Part shown: in pieces, positions 16,700 through 28,729 of the stretch
Position numbering within the stretch: the stretch's first letter is position 1
How the letters are laid out: each line of letters begins with the position of its first letter
Made by a program: the position numbers and the translations under genes
The notes under the pieces: generated by a model
What the model was told of the DNA's origin: nothing
Seen by the model: only the letters and a program-made list of their open reading frames with translations
The model's database searches: none
NCBI RefSeq assembly: GCF_009914755.1
Contig: NC_060925.1
Strand: one strand, 5' to 3'
Source of the DNA: the human T2T-CHM13v2.0 reference genome, Homo sapiens
Length of the DNA stretch: 64,000 nucleotides

Positions 16700-17560
16700 C
16701 TATGGGGTTTATAACATGTAATAAAAGTAAAATGGATGAAAACAATGGCACAAAGGATGGGAGTAAGGATTAGAAGCATAGTGTTTTAAGATTCTTATAC
16801 TTAAGAATGGTATATATACAAATAGTATACCATTAAATGGTATACTATTTGCCAGAAAAATGTGATAAATTAATGATTGATATTGTATACAAACCACATT
16901 AGAAAAAGATACAAACCTATAAAAGCCAATAGGGAAGATAATGTGGAATCATTAAAAAAACTTTATTAATACAAAAAGGGACAGAAGAAAAGGAGAAAGG
17001 AACAACAAAATGATAGCAAATAGCAAGACTGTAGATTTAACTCTAACGATATCAACAATTACATTAAATACAAATGGTCTAAATATCCCAATTAAAGAAC
17101 GGAGATTGTCATATTGGATAAAAATATAAGACCTAACTACAGACTGTCTACCAGTAACCTATATTAAATATGAAGACATAGATTGATTAAAAGTAAAAGG
17201 ATAAAAAAAGATAAACCATGCTAATAGTAGTCAAAAGAAAGCCAGATTGGCCATATTAATAGCAGATAAAGAGGAATTCAGAACAAGGAAGGTATAAAGA
17301 GACACATTACATAATGATAAAGAAGGTGTAATAATCCTAAATGTGGATTTACCTTTAAAACAGCTTCAAAATACATGAAACAAAAACGGATAGAACTAAA
17401 CAGAGAAACAGACAAACCCCTAATTGCAGTTGGAGATTTCAACATTCCTTTCTCAGAAATTGATAGGACAAGTAGAGAGAAAATCAGTAAGGATACAGAA
17501 TACCTAACTGTGCTATCAACCAATTCAATCCATTTGACAACACTACATCTAACAACTTTT
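16700..17560 (+). mobile_element. Old L1 inter-ORF / ORF2 endonuclease fragment
   Basis: ORF 17375-17569 MKQKRIELNRETDKPLIAVGDFNIPFSEIDRTSREKISKD is the L1 EN GDFN motif; upstream ITLN.NGLN.PIK-like start. Confidence 0.85.
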
Positions 17561-18125
17561 AAACCATAAAGTTCCAGTTGCACTTATTCCATGCTGATTC
17601 ATCACAATTTCATTCTATCAAAGGTCAACTTGGCCCTCTTTTCAGTCACAATTGCCTCTACCCAAGTCTAGACCTCATTATCACACAGCTGGGTTGTTTA
17701 CTACTATGTATAATTTTTCCATATGGCCCACTTACATCTAATCTATTCCAAATCACTTTACAAACTGCTATTGAATTAAATTCAAAAACAGTCATGACTC
17801 CTTTATACAAAAAGGGTAAAGTCAAAATTCCTAAGCCTTTCATTAAAGCCCTCTGGAGGACACATGTGCAGGCATGAGCACACGCATGCACACACACACA
17901 CACGCACACAAAACCCCCACTACTTTCCTCTACATGCACCAAGATATTTCCTCATTATCCCTTAAACCTCACAAATTCATTCCCATTTCCAAACCTTTGC
18001 TCATCTCTCCCTACACCTGGAATGCCCTAACCCTTCATCCTTATTTAAACTCCAACCTTTAGGACTCAACACAAGCCTCTTTGCCGTGCTGTGAAAATTC
18101 CTGTGACAGGTGTCTACATCACTCA

Positions 18126-18424
18126 TTTTTTTTTTTTTTTTTTGAGACGGAGCCTCACTCTGTTGCCCAGGCTGGAGTGCAGTGGTGCGATCTCCGCTCA
18201 CTGCAACCTACGCCTCCCGGTTCAAGCAATTCTCCTGCCTCAACCTCCCAAGTAGCTGGGATTATAGGCACAGACCCCCACACCTGGCTAATTTTTTGTA
18301 TTTTAGTAGAGATGGGGTTTCACCATGTTGCCCAGGCTGGTCTCCAACTCCTGAGCTCAGGCAATCCTCCCACCTAGGCCTCCCAAAGTGATGGGATTAC
18401 AGGTGTGAGCCACCGTGCCCAGCC
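18126..18424 (-). mobile_element. Alu
   Basis: Reverse dimeric Alu with poly-T. Confidence 0.92.
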
Positions 18425-18499
18425 TAGAATTTATAACATAGTATCTTGTATTGTTGTTTGTGGGTTGTATTTACATGCCAATTCCACAAGTTGATATAA

Positions 18500-19403
<904 letters not shown>

Positions 19404-19749
19404 AGTATTCATTTTCAATAAGTATTAATACTCATAAATGTTAGCTTTTTTTTATTTCTGCCAATACTTATTATTAATACCATTATTCCTGTTGCCTTGG
19501 GAACCACTATCAAAATGATGTCAGGCTGTTAGGACAGAGAGCTCTTCAGGAATCTCAGAGAAGCCTGAGCTGTACATATGGAAAAATAATCACAGCTGTT
19601 CTATAAATGTATCCATTCTGTCCTTTGTCAAGAAAATGACACCTTAACTAGGATTATATATGGTTTGATTGTTACCATAGGGACATGGAGAGCGTTTTAA
19701 AATATATTGTACTTAGTGTAATCTTTCATATTATTTTTCTGCTTTGCAG

Positions 19750-19803
19750 TTTCTGTAACCTAACAGCTATGTTTGCAATAGAGACATTTGGACTGATTCC
19801 CAG
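19750..19803 (+). CDS. CATSPERE: CATSPERE penultimate coding exon (54 nt)
   Basis: Acceptor ttatttttctgctttgcag| and donor cccag|gtaagg. Reads (S)FCNLTAMFAIETFGLIP+AG, phase 2 to phase 2, in frame with both neighbours. Confidence 0.9.
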
Positions 19804-20769
19804 GTAAGGAGCAGGGCCTAACTGGACTTTAATTAGGGAATTTCTAAGACACAAATGGCAGCTAAGAAGGAAAAGCACCTCTCCCCCGTGTCTCCCAGAA
19901 GCAGCCTGTGCACTCACTTTTCAGGGCCCCCAGCTTAAATCTTATTATGAAAATTATTATTATACAGTATATAATGCAAATGAATCCTAAAACAACAACA
20001 AAAAACTTGTATGAAGTGTTCACTGCAAAGTCAATGGTTTTAATAAGTCTATATTTAGATTTTTGGGGGGCTATGAAATCTATCTTCCCAAATGACAGAA
20101 ACTTGCTGTTTCCCTGAAGCCCTGGTACTTCTGCCCCCTATATGACATCCTAAAAATTGTATGTGTGTATAGTGTGTATACAGGGGCACAGCAGGAAGGA
20201 ATTCCTGAGAACTGTTACTGCAGCAAAGGTCCCCTTTCGTGCCATCCCACTCAACAGCCACTGCCTTCCTATCAAACATGTCTCAGCTCCTCCTACTTGG
20301 CAGATGCCAGAATGCAGTGGTAGGGATTGGGAGGTGACAGTGGCTGTGCCCTCTGCTCTAAGCCTGGGTCAGCTTTCAACCATAGACCCTCATTCTGATG
20401 CATTTAGGAAACAGTAAAGGGATTTCCCTGGACTCAGCTCCAGTTCCCTTGGAGGGCAGAATGAAAAGTCCTAATACTGAAGTTAGGACCCCAAATGACT
20501 TTGCTACTCTGTTTTGGGCCTGGTGTTTGGAATTTGGGTGTTTGGGTTTTGTTTGATGGGTTTTTTTTGCGGGGGAGGGGAGAGGATTGTTAAATAAGGG
20601 CGTAAGAAAAACAATTAAGTTACTCATGGCCCTACTGTAAATATGACTGACTCCTGGAGTTTTTGTATTAATGGAATGTTAATAGTGTGAATAATCTGCA
20701 AATGAAGTCAAGAGTTGTTTCTACATAACTTTGGGAAACATGCAGAACCTTTTCCTAGTGACTTTTCCT

Positions 20770-20847
20770 CATGGGGTTGGTATGTTTGATTTAGGTGAAT
20801 ATTAAGGTCATGGGGTTGGTATGTTTGATTTAGGTGAATATTAAGGT
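20770..20847. repeat. Perfect 39-bp tandem duplication
   Basis: catggggttggtatgtttgatttaggtgaatattaaggt x2 (20770-20808, 20809-20847). Confidence 0.97.
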
Positions 20848-21489
20848 ATATACCCACCCAAGTACCCACCAACCGAAGAAGGAGTCAAGTGAGTTAGCCA
20901 GGAGAAAGAGCAAAGGAGGAGGATCTCACTCACCTGCCCCGCTCTCACCTGCCAGCAGCTAGAGTCCAGCAGCCAGGGCATATGAGCACAGCATACAGGA
21001 TAGTCTGGTTAGTGACTGTAGGTTAGCCTCTGTTAACACCTGGGCCCTGAAGGGTAGCAGAGGCAGACAAGGGCTGGCTGGTGGTTGATATTTTCTTAAT
21101 TGAGTCCTTTTCTTGAGCAGCGACTGGAGATGAGTTTGTAGAAGGCAAAGAGCTCGGCACTTCCTTGCTCCTAGTCCAGCACTCAACCCCACCACTTGCC
21201 CAGTGTCTCCATTCTGCTCTCTCTCTGGAATTGCCATCCTTTAACCAGCAGACTCACCCAGATCTTCAACCATCCTCTGAGCCCTCCCTCTCTCTCCTTG
21301 GGGAAACCAGACTCTCCCCCGAGGACACTGCTCCACCTTCTGGCCTCTCGAGTGGTGCTCTTTTCTTTCACCTGCCATGTACCTCAGGGGGCCCTATTAC
21401 CAATTCCAGATATTATTTATCCTCGTTCTTGTAACAAAACCAAAAAAATAAACACAAAACATACCCGATCCTTTGAGGCTCATGGCGTC

Positions 21490-24135
21490 CGCTGCAGCCC
21501 CAGCTGTCTGTCCTCATCACCATGTCCTCCCCACAGTCTGCTGCATTCATTCTCAACTTTGGCCCCGTCACACTCACACTGTTTTCCTCTCCACGTCAAG
21601 CCCCACCATCAGTGTTCGCATCCAGCATCCAAAATCGTGGCCTTACCACATCCTTGGTGACCTCCCTCTACTGCACTTCAGCCATCCACTCCCATAGTTA
21701 CACCTTCCACACTGTCATTACTTGTAACTTCTCTGCTTCCTAAAGCATCAATCCAGACATCCCATTCTCTGATCACGACCTCCTGTCCTTCCAGCTTGTT
21801 AATCCATGACACCCACCGCAACCCCCCTTCACCCTTACTGGAACCTCCACCTCTACTTCCAATCTCTCTTTTTTTACTTTGCATTTCCTTACATTTCAAA
21901 GTCTATTATTTCAACAACACTTACCAGTACACCCTCACCCCTCTGGGATTTGTTACTCCCTCTGGCAAATCCTCAACTACCTACTTTTTCTGTGACTACA
22001 CCTGAGCAGCATTCTCTGTAATAGCGATTTCAGATTGTATCTAATTAGTTTCCTCCTCAAACCTGCTTTCCTTAATCATCATCAGATGAGCTTGTTTCCA
22101 CCCTCACAAAGAAATTAGAAACCATCAGACAGGAACGCCCTCTATTCCAGATTGCAAACATAAAAACCTACTAACATCTACATCCATCCTCTCCTCTTTC
22201 CGTCCTGTTACAACAAAGGCAATATTATTCCTCCTTTTTAAGTATAATTCTTCCACCTATGCTTTGCACACTATCTGTTCCTCTCCACTTACTGAGGAAA
22301 CTTTCAAATGAATTATTCCTTCTCTCTTCTGTATATTCAACTTTCCCTTTCAACTAGATCCTTCTAATAGGTTTTTAGTGACCCTCAAGTTTCTCCGTTG
22401 CAGGACAAAACTTCTCAAAAGTATTGTCTAGACTCACAGTCTCCATTTCCCTGTGTCCAGCCCTCTTTCTCCGATCCATCCAGTCGGGTTTCTATCTCAT
22501 CACTCTGCCGATTAGTTCTCATTACAATAGCTTTGGCCTTCATGGAGCTAATAGATATTTTCCAGTCCTCATCTTATTAGATCTTTCTTCAGCGTTGACT
22601 CTACCTTTGGCTGTTGTATCACACTGTGGGTTTTCCCAAACTTCTGTAGCCACTGCCTCTCTCTCCCTAGTAAAGAAAGCGTCACCCTCCTTTAGCAGCC
22701 TTTAAATGTTGGCCTCCCCTGAGGCTCAGTCCTGTCCTGAGCTTCTCACTCTGGCAAGCTCATCCACAATCATGACTTGAGTTAGCATCTATATACACAT
22801 GACTCCCAAATAATATCTCTAGAACAGTCCAGAGCCATACATCCTACTGTCTACTTAACTTCTTCTCTTAGGTGTCTCAAAGACTAGTCAAACTGGACAT
22901 GTCCAAAAGTGAACTCATGATCTTATCACACGCTCCCCTATTCCACTATTTAATCTACCTTAAAACTGATCCGTCAGGGCAATTACATATAGCCATATGG
23001 AAGGAAGATAACCTTTATTCCTTCATATTTCTCAAACCCCACATCTTAATAATCACCAAGATTGATCCAATATAACTTCTACATGTATCTTAGATATATC
23101 TGCTTCTCTCCATTTCTTCGGCCATTAATTTTGTGAAGACTCTCATCGTAGCTTACCTGGATTATTCAAATACTTCATAACTGCCTTTTCTACCTTCACA
23201 CTCATGCTTTGCTTTCATCCATTCTTCACACTCCACAATCATCCTTGTAAAATGTCAATCCTATATCATCCCTCTGAAGCTCTCTCCTGCCTTAGGCTAA
23301 AACCCACTCTCTAGCTTGACTTAAGCAGTTTTTCTCATCTGGCCCTGCCCACCTATCAATCCTCATCTCCAACCACTCCCCTTGGCACCTGAGCTGCTGT
23401 CATACTGAAGGAGCTGCAGTTCCAGAATGTCTAGGAGTGGTCCTGAGGTGTTACCACATTTCCATGCCTTCTCATACCCTTCTCCCTTTGTCTGAAACAC
23501 TGTTCCCACCTTGGTCTATTCCTCCACTCTTAGGCATTTTTATCTAGCTAACTCCTACTCCCACTCATACTCATACCAAGCTAACTCCTGCCCAGGCTCA
23601 GTTCAGACATCCCCTCCACTGGAAGGCCTTCCATGATGTGTGGCTCCCACAGAACTTCATTTCCAGCTGGGTGCAGTGGCTCACGCCTGTAATCCCTTTT
23701 GGCACTTTGGGAGGCCAAGGCCGGCAAATCACTAGAGGTCAGGAGTTCGAGACCAGCCTGGCCAACATGGTGAAACCCCGTCTCTACTAAAAATACAAAA
23801 ATTAGCTGGGTGTGGTGGTGCCCTCCTGTAATCCCAGCTGCTTGGGAGGCTGAAGCAGGAGAATGGTTTGAACCCAGGAGCCAGGGCTTCCAGTGAGCCA
23901 TTGCCCTCCAGGCTGGGTGACAGAGGGAGACTCCATCTCAAAAAAAAAAAAAAAAACCAACTTCATTTCCTCCTCTCAGTGCATCATTGCATTGATCACC
24001 TTGTCTATTTTCCTCCCTGTCAGCCTCAAACACTAAAAGGTAAACACTGTGAGGGTGGACAGTGTGTCTTATTCACCTTTGCTCTCTGTCAATGGCATAG
24101 TAGCTAGCTATTCAAAAAGTGTTTAAATAAATTAA
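21490..24135 (+). mobile_element. LINE2 (L2) fragments
   Basis: C/T-rich L2-like sequence with a decayed EN motif (HSHSYTFHTVIT...SDH), a typical L2 middle (tgactcccaaat...aactcatgatct) and 3' end; interrupted by an Alu. Confidence 0.6.
23665..23958 (+). mobile_element. Alu
   Basis: TSD aacttcatttcc on both flanks. Confidence 0.9.
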
Positions 24136-24189
24136 CAGCCAAAGTGTGAACAATGACTTCTAATGCCTTTTTTTTTTTTCTGATTTCAG

Positions 24190-24343
24190 TCCAAGTGTCT
24201 ACCTGGTAGCTTCTTTCCTCTTCGTCCTGATGCTGCTCTTCTTCACTATTCTTGTTTTGAGCTACTTTCGGTACATGAGGATTTATAGACGATATATTTA
24301 TGAACCACTTCACAAACCTCAAAGAAAACGTAAGAAGAATTAG
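24190..24343 (+). CDS. CATSPERE: CATSPERE last coding exon: transmembrane helix, basic cytoplasmic tail, stop
   Basis: Acceptor tttttttttctgatttcag|. Reads (S)PSVYLVASFLFVLMLLFFTILVLSYFRYMRIYRRYIYEPLHKPQRKRKKN-TAG (TAG 24341-24343). The hydrophobic stretch followed by basic residues fits a single-pass type I membrane protein. Confidence 0.92.
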
Positions 24344-24600
24344 GAAAACTGAAAGTTTGTTTATTACAGATATATGCATATAGAGAAACAGTGTATTACA
24401 TAGTGATATTGAGAGTGTGTGTTTGACCAAGAAATACTAAATATAAGCTCGTAGTAGTAGGCATCACCAAATTCAAGATCTGAAAAATATTCTTGAACTA
24501 TCTCCAAAATAGAAATGTTTTCATATATATTGTTATTAAATTAATCCTTTGTTTGCCTTCATTTTAAAGATACTCTATGTACTCTCACATGGCATGAAAA

Positions 24601-24606
24601 AATAAA
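24601..24606 (+). terminator. Probable CATSPERE polyadenylation signal (AATAAA); a second AATAAA lies at 24745-24750
   Basis: First canonical AATAAA about 260 nt after the stop codon, in an AT-rich unique 3' UTR. Confidence 0.6.
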
Positions 24607-24852
24607 CTAAATTTGACTATTACAATCCTTTGTAAGAATGAAAGTGAATTTTTGAAAATATATCTATGTGTCAAGTATCATTTTGCATGAAACTTTTCAC
24701 ATGAAACCTTATATGACTGTAGTTAATTTATATATAAAGGATTTAATAAAGGTGTGTGGATTTAAATAACCTGCCCTAAACAGATTTTTTCTACTGGTAA
24801 ATTAACAGATGAAATGTAAAATATATTAAAAATGAGCAGCTGATGTTCTCAA

Positions 24853-24962
24853 TTTTATTTTATTTTATTTTGAGACAGGGTCTTGCTGTGTTGCCCAGGC
24901 TGGTCTTGAACTCCTGGGCTCAAGTGATCCTCCAGCCTTTCATGAGGTTACAGGCATGAGCC
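24853..24962 (-). mobile_element. Monomeric Alu (FLAM-like) fragment
   Basis: ttttgagacagggtcttgctgtgttgcccaggctggtcttgaactcctgggctcaagtgatcc. Confidence 0.8.
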
Positions 24963-25086
24963 TGTAGAATTTGGAGCAGCCTCTAAATTTTAATTCTAAG
25001 TTTTACATTTTGACTTTGATGCTCAAAACAAGCTTCTTAATTTGTCCAAATATTACCACAGCCTTCTAAATAACTAGTATTTGGAT

Positions 25087-25330
25087 GTATCAGTCCGGGT
25101 TCAACCAGAGCAGCAGAACCAGAGGGGGGGGTGCGTGGGTGAGTGTGTGTGGGTGCATGTGTGTGTTGTGTGCGCCAGCGCGCGCTTACTCTCCTCTGAA
25201 GAGATATATTTGAAAAGAATTGGATTGTGTGATCGTGGAGCCTGGCTAAACAAGTCTGAAATCCACAGTGCAGGCAATCAAGAATGGAAGATCACAAGCA
25301 AGATGAAATTCCACGGGCACTGATCAAAGC
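25087..25330 (-). mobile_element. ERVL LTR fragment (MLT2-like)
   Basis: tgtatcagtccgggttcaaccagag...agaaccag...(gt)n...gaattggattgtgtgatcgtggag...caagtctgaaatc. Confidence 0.6.
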
Positions 25331-26688
25331 TGCTGTCCACAAAGAATTGCTCATGTCACCAAAATCAAGAATAGGACAGAGATACCTGCTGGTCATCGCT
25401 GTTTTGAAAGTTCTGACGTCACAGGAGAAAAATAAAATAAACAGTACAAATGCTGGGAAAAAAGAGACAAAATCCTCTCTTTAAATAATATTATGTGCTA
25501 AGAAAGTCCAAAATTCACAACAAGTTTTACCAGAATAACAGAATTTGATGGCTCTATACTAGACAAATATTTACAAATCAATACTTTCTCTATAACAGTT
25601 ACAATCTGTTAGCAATAGAAATAATCTATTCATTGCAGTGACAAATTATATAAATTTAATATGAGAAGAACATGACCTATATGAAGAAAACTTTAAAATA
25701 TTTAATGAAAGAGGTGAAACAAGATCTGAAACTAGATAGGGGGAGAAAAGACAAACTACCCAATAGAAAATGAGCAAAGTTGCAGTCATCCCACAAAATA
25801 GCATATCCAAACAGCCAATAAACATATTTAAAACAACTATTTTTTTAGTGTTTATTATATGCCAGGATCTTTTCTAATAACCAAACCTCCTCAATAACCC
25901 TATGAAACAAGAACTATTATTATCCCATTATAGAGATGATGAGGAAACTGGCACATAGAGGGTAAATAAATCTACTAAGCGCATATCATTGGTACATGAT
26001 GAAACTGGAATTCACACTCAGGCAGACTGGCTTCAAAATCAGGTAATTATCCACTAAGGAAACTCAACCTTGGCTGGCAGTCGGAAAGATACAAACCAAA
26101 GTCACGGTGTGGCAGCATTTTTCACCTGACGGCAAAAACTCCAAAGGGTGATAATACTTGAGAAGGAATGGGGGTCAGGGATGGGAAGGAAATTATCTTG
26201 CAGTTCTGAAGGAAATGTAAATCGCTGTAGTTTTTTTTTAAGCAATCTGGCAAAATCTGTTAAAATTAAAAATACAGACTCTCTTGGACCCAGCAACCCC
26301 ACTGTTAGGAATCGTTCCACACAGTGGGATGGGGAGGACCAGTATATCAGGATATGTGTATATGTGTGGGTGTAGATGGATGGATGAATAGATAGAGATG
26401 CTATACATATAGATAGATACAGATATATAGAGAGATGGCATCATTAGTTACTGTGGCAAAACTCTAGAAAGAGAATTAACACCTAGCAACAGGTGAACAG
26501 GGAGTGGTTGAATAAATGTTTGATTGTACGTTGACCACAAAGTCTGTGCTAAGTGACTTAGAAGGTTTTTAACAAGGTTTTGTTAAATGAGAAAAGCAAG
26601 CTGCAGGGAAGCATCTATAGTCTGATCCTATTTTTATGCAAACAAAATAAATGTTGTGTGATTGAGAACATGGAGGAAAGCATGGCAG

Positions 26689-27489
26689 TGATATGGACGG
26701 GGGACAGGGAAGTGCTGGGTAGAGAAAGGCAGGTCCCTGGCTAGGGATCCGCCCTCAGGCCTGTGCCCACGGACCTAGGTGAGGATAGGCACTCCTGCCT
26801 TCACACCCAAATGTTGTATTTCCCAAGAACAGCCTGGCCTGCCACGACCCCATCCTGTGCCTATAAAAACCCCAAGACCCTAGTGGGCAGAGACAACAAG
26901 CGGCTGGACGTCGAGAGGAACACACATTAGCGAAAGAACACACAGGCGGCTGGACACCGAGAGAAGCACATGGGCTGGAGAGCACAGCCGGCAGGCCATT
27001 GATCAGCGGAACCACGCGGAGTTTGGGGGTTTGGCCGGGACGGTGGGAGGAGAGACTGGCTGCCAAGTGCCCGACTCCAGGGGAAAACCATCTCCCTTCT
27101 GGCTCCCCCATCTGCTGAGAGCTATTTCCACTCAATAAAACCTTGCATTCATTCTTCAATCAAGCCCACGTGTGATCTGATTCTTCGGGTACACTAAGGC
27201 AAGAAACCCAAGATACAGAAAGCCTCTGTCCTTGCAATAAGGCAAGGGCCTCATTGAGCTGATTAACACATGCTGCTATGGACAGCTCAACTGAACGAAC
27301 ACCCTGTAACACACACCCACTGGGGCTTCGGCTGTAAACATTCGCCCTTAGACATTGCCCGGGGTCGGAGCCCCACAACCTGCCCGTCTGCATGCTCTCC
27401 CAGAGGTGTGAGCGGCAGAGAACCAAAGAAGCAAGCCACACGCCTATCGCATGCCCTGCCAGGGGGATAAGAGAACCTGCCCCGTTTCA
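26689..27489 (+). mobile_element. ERV1 solo LTR (LTR1-family-like), 801 bp
   Basis: TG...CA ends with 4-bp TSD gcag (26685-26688, 27490-27493); TATAAAA 26862-26868; AATAAA 27134-27139. The family name is from recalled consensus. Confidence 0.85.
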
Positions 27490-27987
27490 GCAGTATACGT
27501 ACCATTGTGTGTGCAGGCATGCACGTGTGTGTACACGACAGGGGGCGTGGGGCTGTATCAAGAGATGGAGATGGAGAGAGAGAGAAACAAGGCCCTCCAA
27601 ACTGGGGTGAAGGGGAACAATAGAAAAGCAGCCTGGAAAATGTTCTTTCTATGTAAACCAATATGTATGCACGTAAAGACAAAGGAAGTCACCAAACTTC
27701 AAATGATGTCATTTTTTGAGGAAAATATTTTTTAATTGACATAATAATTGTCCATATTTATGGGGTACATAGTGCTGGTTTTATACATATAAAGTATAGT
27801 AACCAGATCAGGTAATTAGCACATCCATTATCTCAAACGTTTGTCATTTCTTTGTGTTGGGAACATTCAATATCCTCCTTCTAGCTATTTGAAACTCTGT
27901 ATCATTATTAACTAACGGTCATCCTACAGTGCTATAGAACAGGAGAACTTCTTCCTTTTATCTAGCTGTAATTTGTATCCTTTAACA

Positions 27988-28266
27988 CAGGGGTCCCCAA
28001 CCCCCACCAGAGCATTACCGCCTGAGCTCCAACTCCTGTCGGATCAGTGGCATTAGATTCTTGTAGGAGTGCGAACCCTATTGTGAACTGCACGTGCAAG
28101 GAATGGAGGTTCCAAACTCCACATGAGAATCTAATGCCTGATGATCTGTGGTGGAACAGTTTCATCCTGAAACCATTCCCGCTCCCCACCTTCCCCATGC
28201 CCTGTCCATGGAAAACTTGTCTTCCACAAAACCAGTCACTGGTGCCAAAAAGGTGGGGGACCACTG
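27988..28266 (+). mobile_element. MER1B (hAT-Charlie MITE) with internal deletion, inserted in a minus-strand L1 3' fragment (~27725-28300)
   Basis: caggggtccccaacccc...ggggaccactg TIRs; 8-bp TSD ctttaaca at 27980-27987 and 28267-28274. Confidence 0.9.
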
Positions 28267-28729
28267 CTTTAACAAATCACTCCCTGTCCTTCCCTTCCCC
28301 CTAACAAAATGATGTAATTTTGGATGCTATTTGCTTTCTTCCTACTTCCCACCACATTGTACTTAAATGTTTTAATTAATCATAAAAAGTAAAGCTGCTC
28401 TTACTGTGAGCAAAGAGCTGGGAAATGAAGAAGTGGAGGCAAGTACAGACAACTCTTTCAAGAAGTTCCCCCCACCTCACTTTTTTTTTTTTTTTTTTGA
28501 CAAGGAGCAAAGAAATGGCAGGCACCTGAGCACAAGTGAGGTCAGGAAGAGGTTACTGAATATGGGTGGAAATAATCCAGTAGCTAGGAGAAACTGATGA
28601 TACAGGAGGAAAGAGGTAATCGCTGGATCAAAATCCTCGAGTCAGCAAGAGAGAATTAGATCTTGTGCTGAAAACTAAGAATTGAATATTTCGTGAAAGT
28701 TCATTACTCATGAACTCTGGCTTCCCTCC

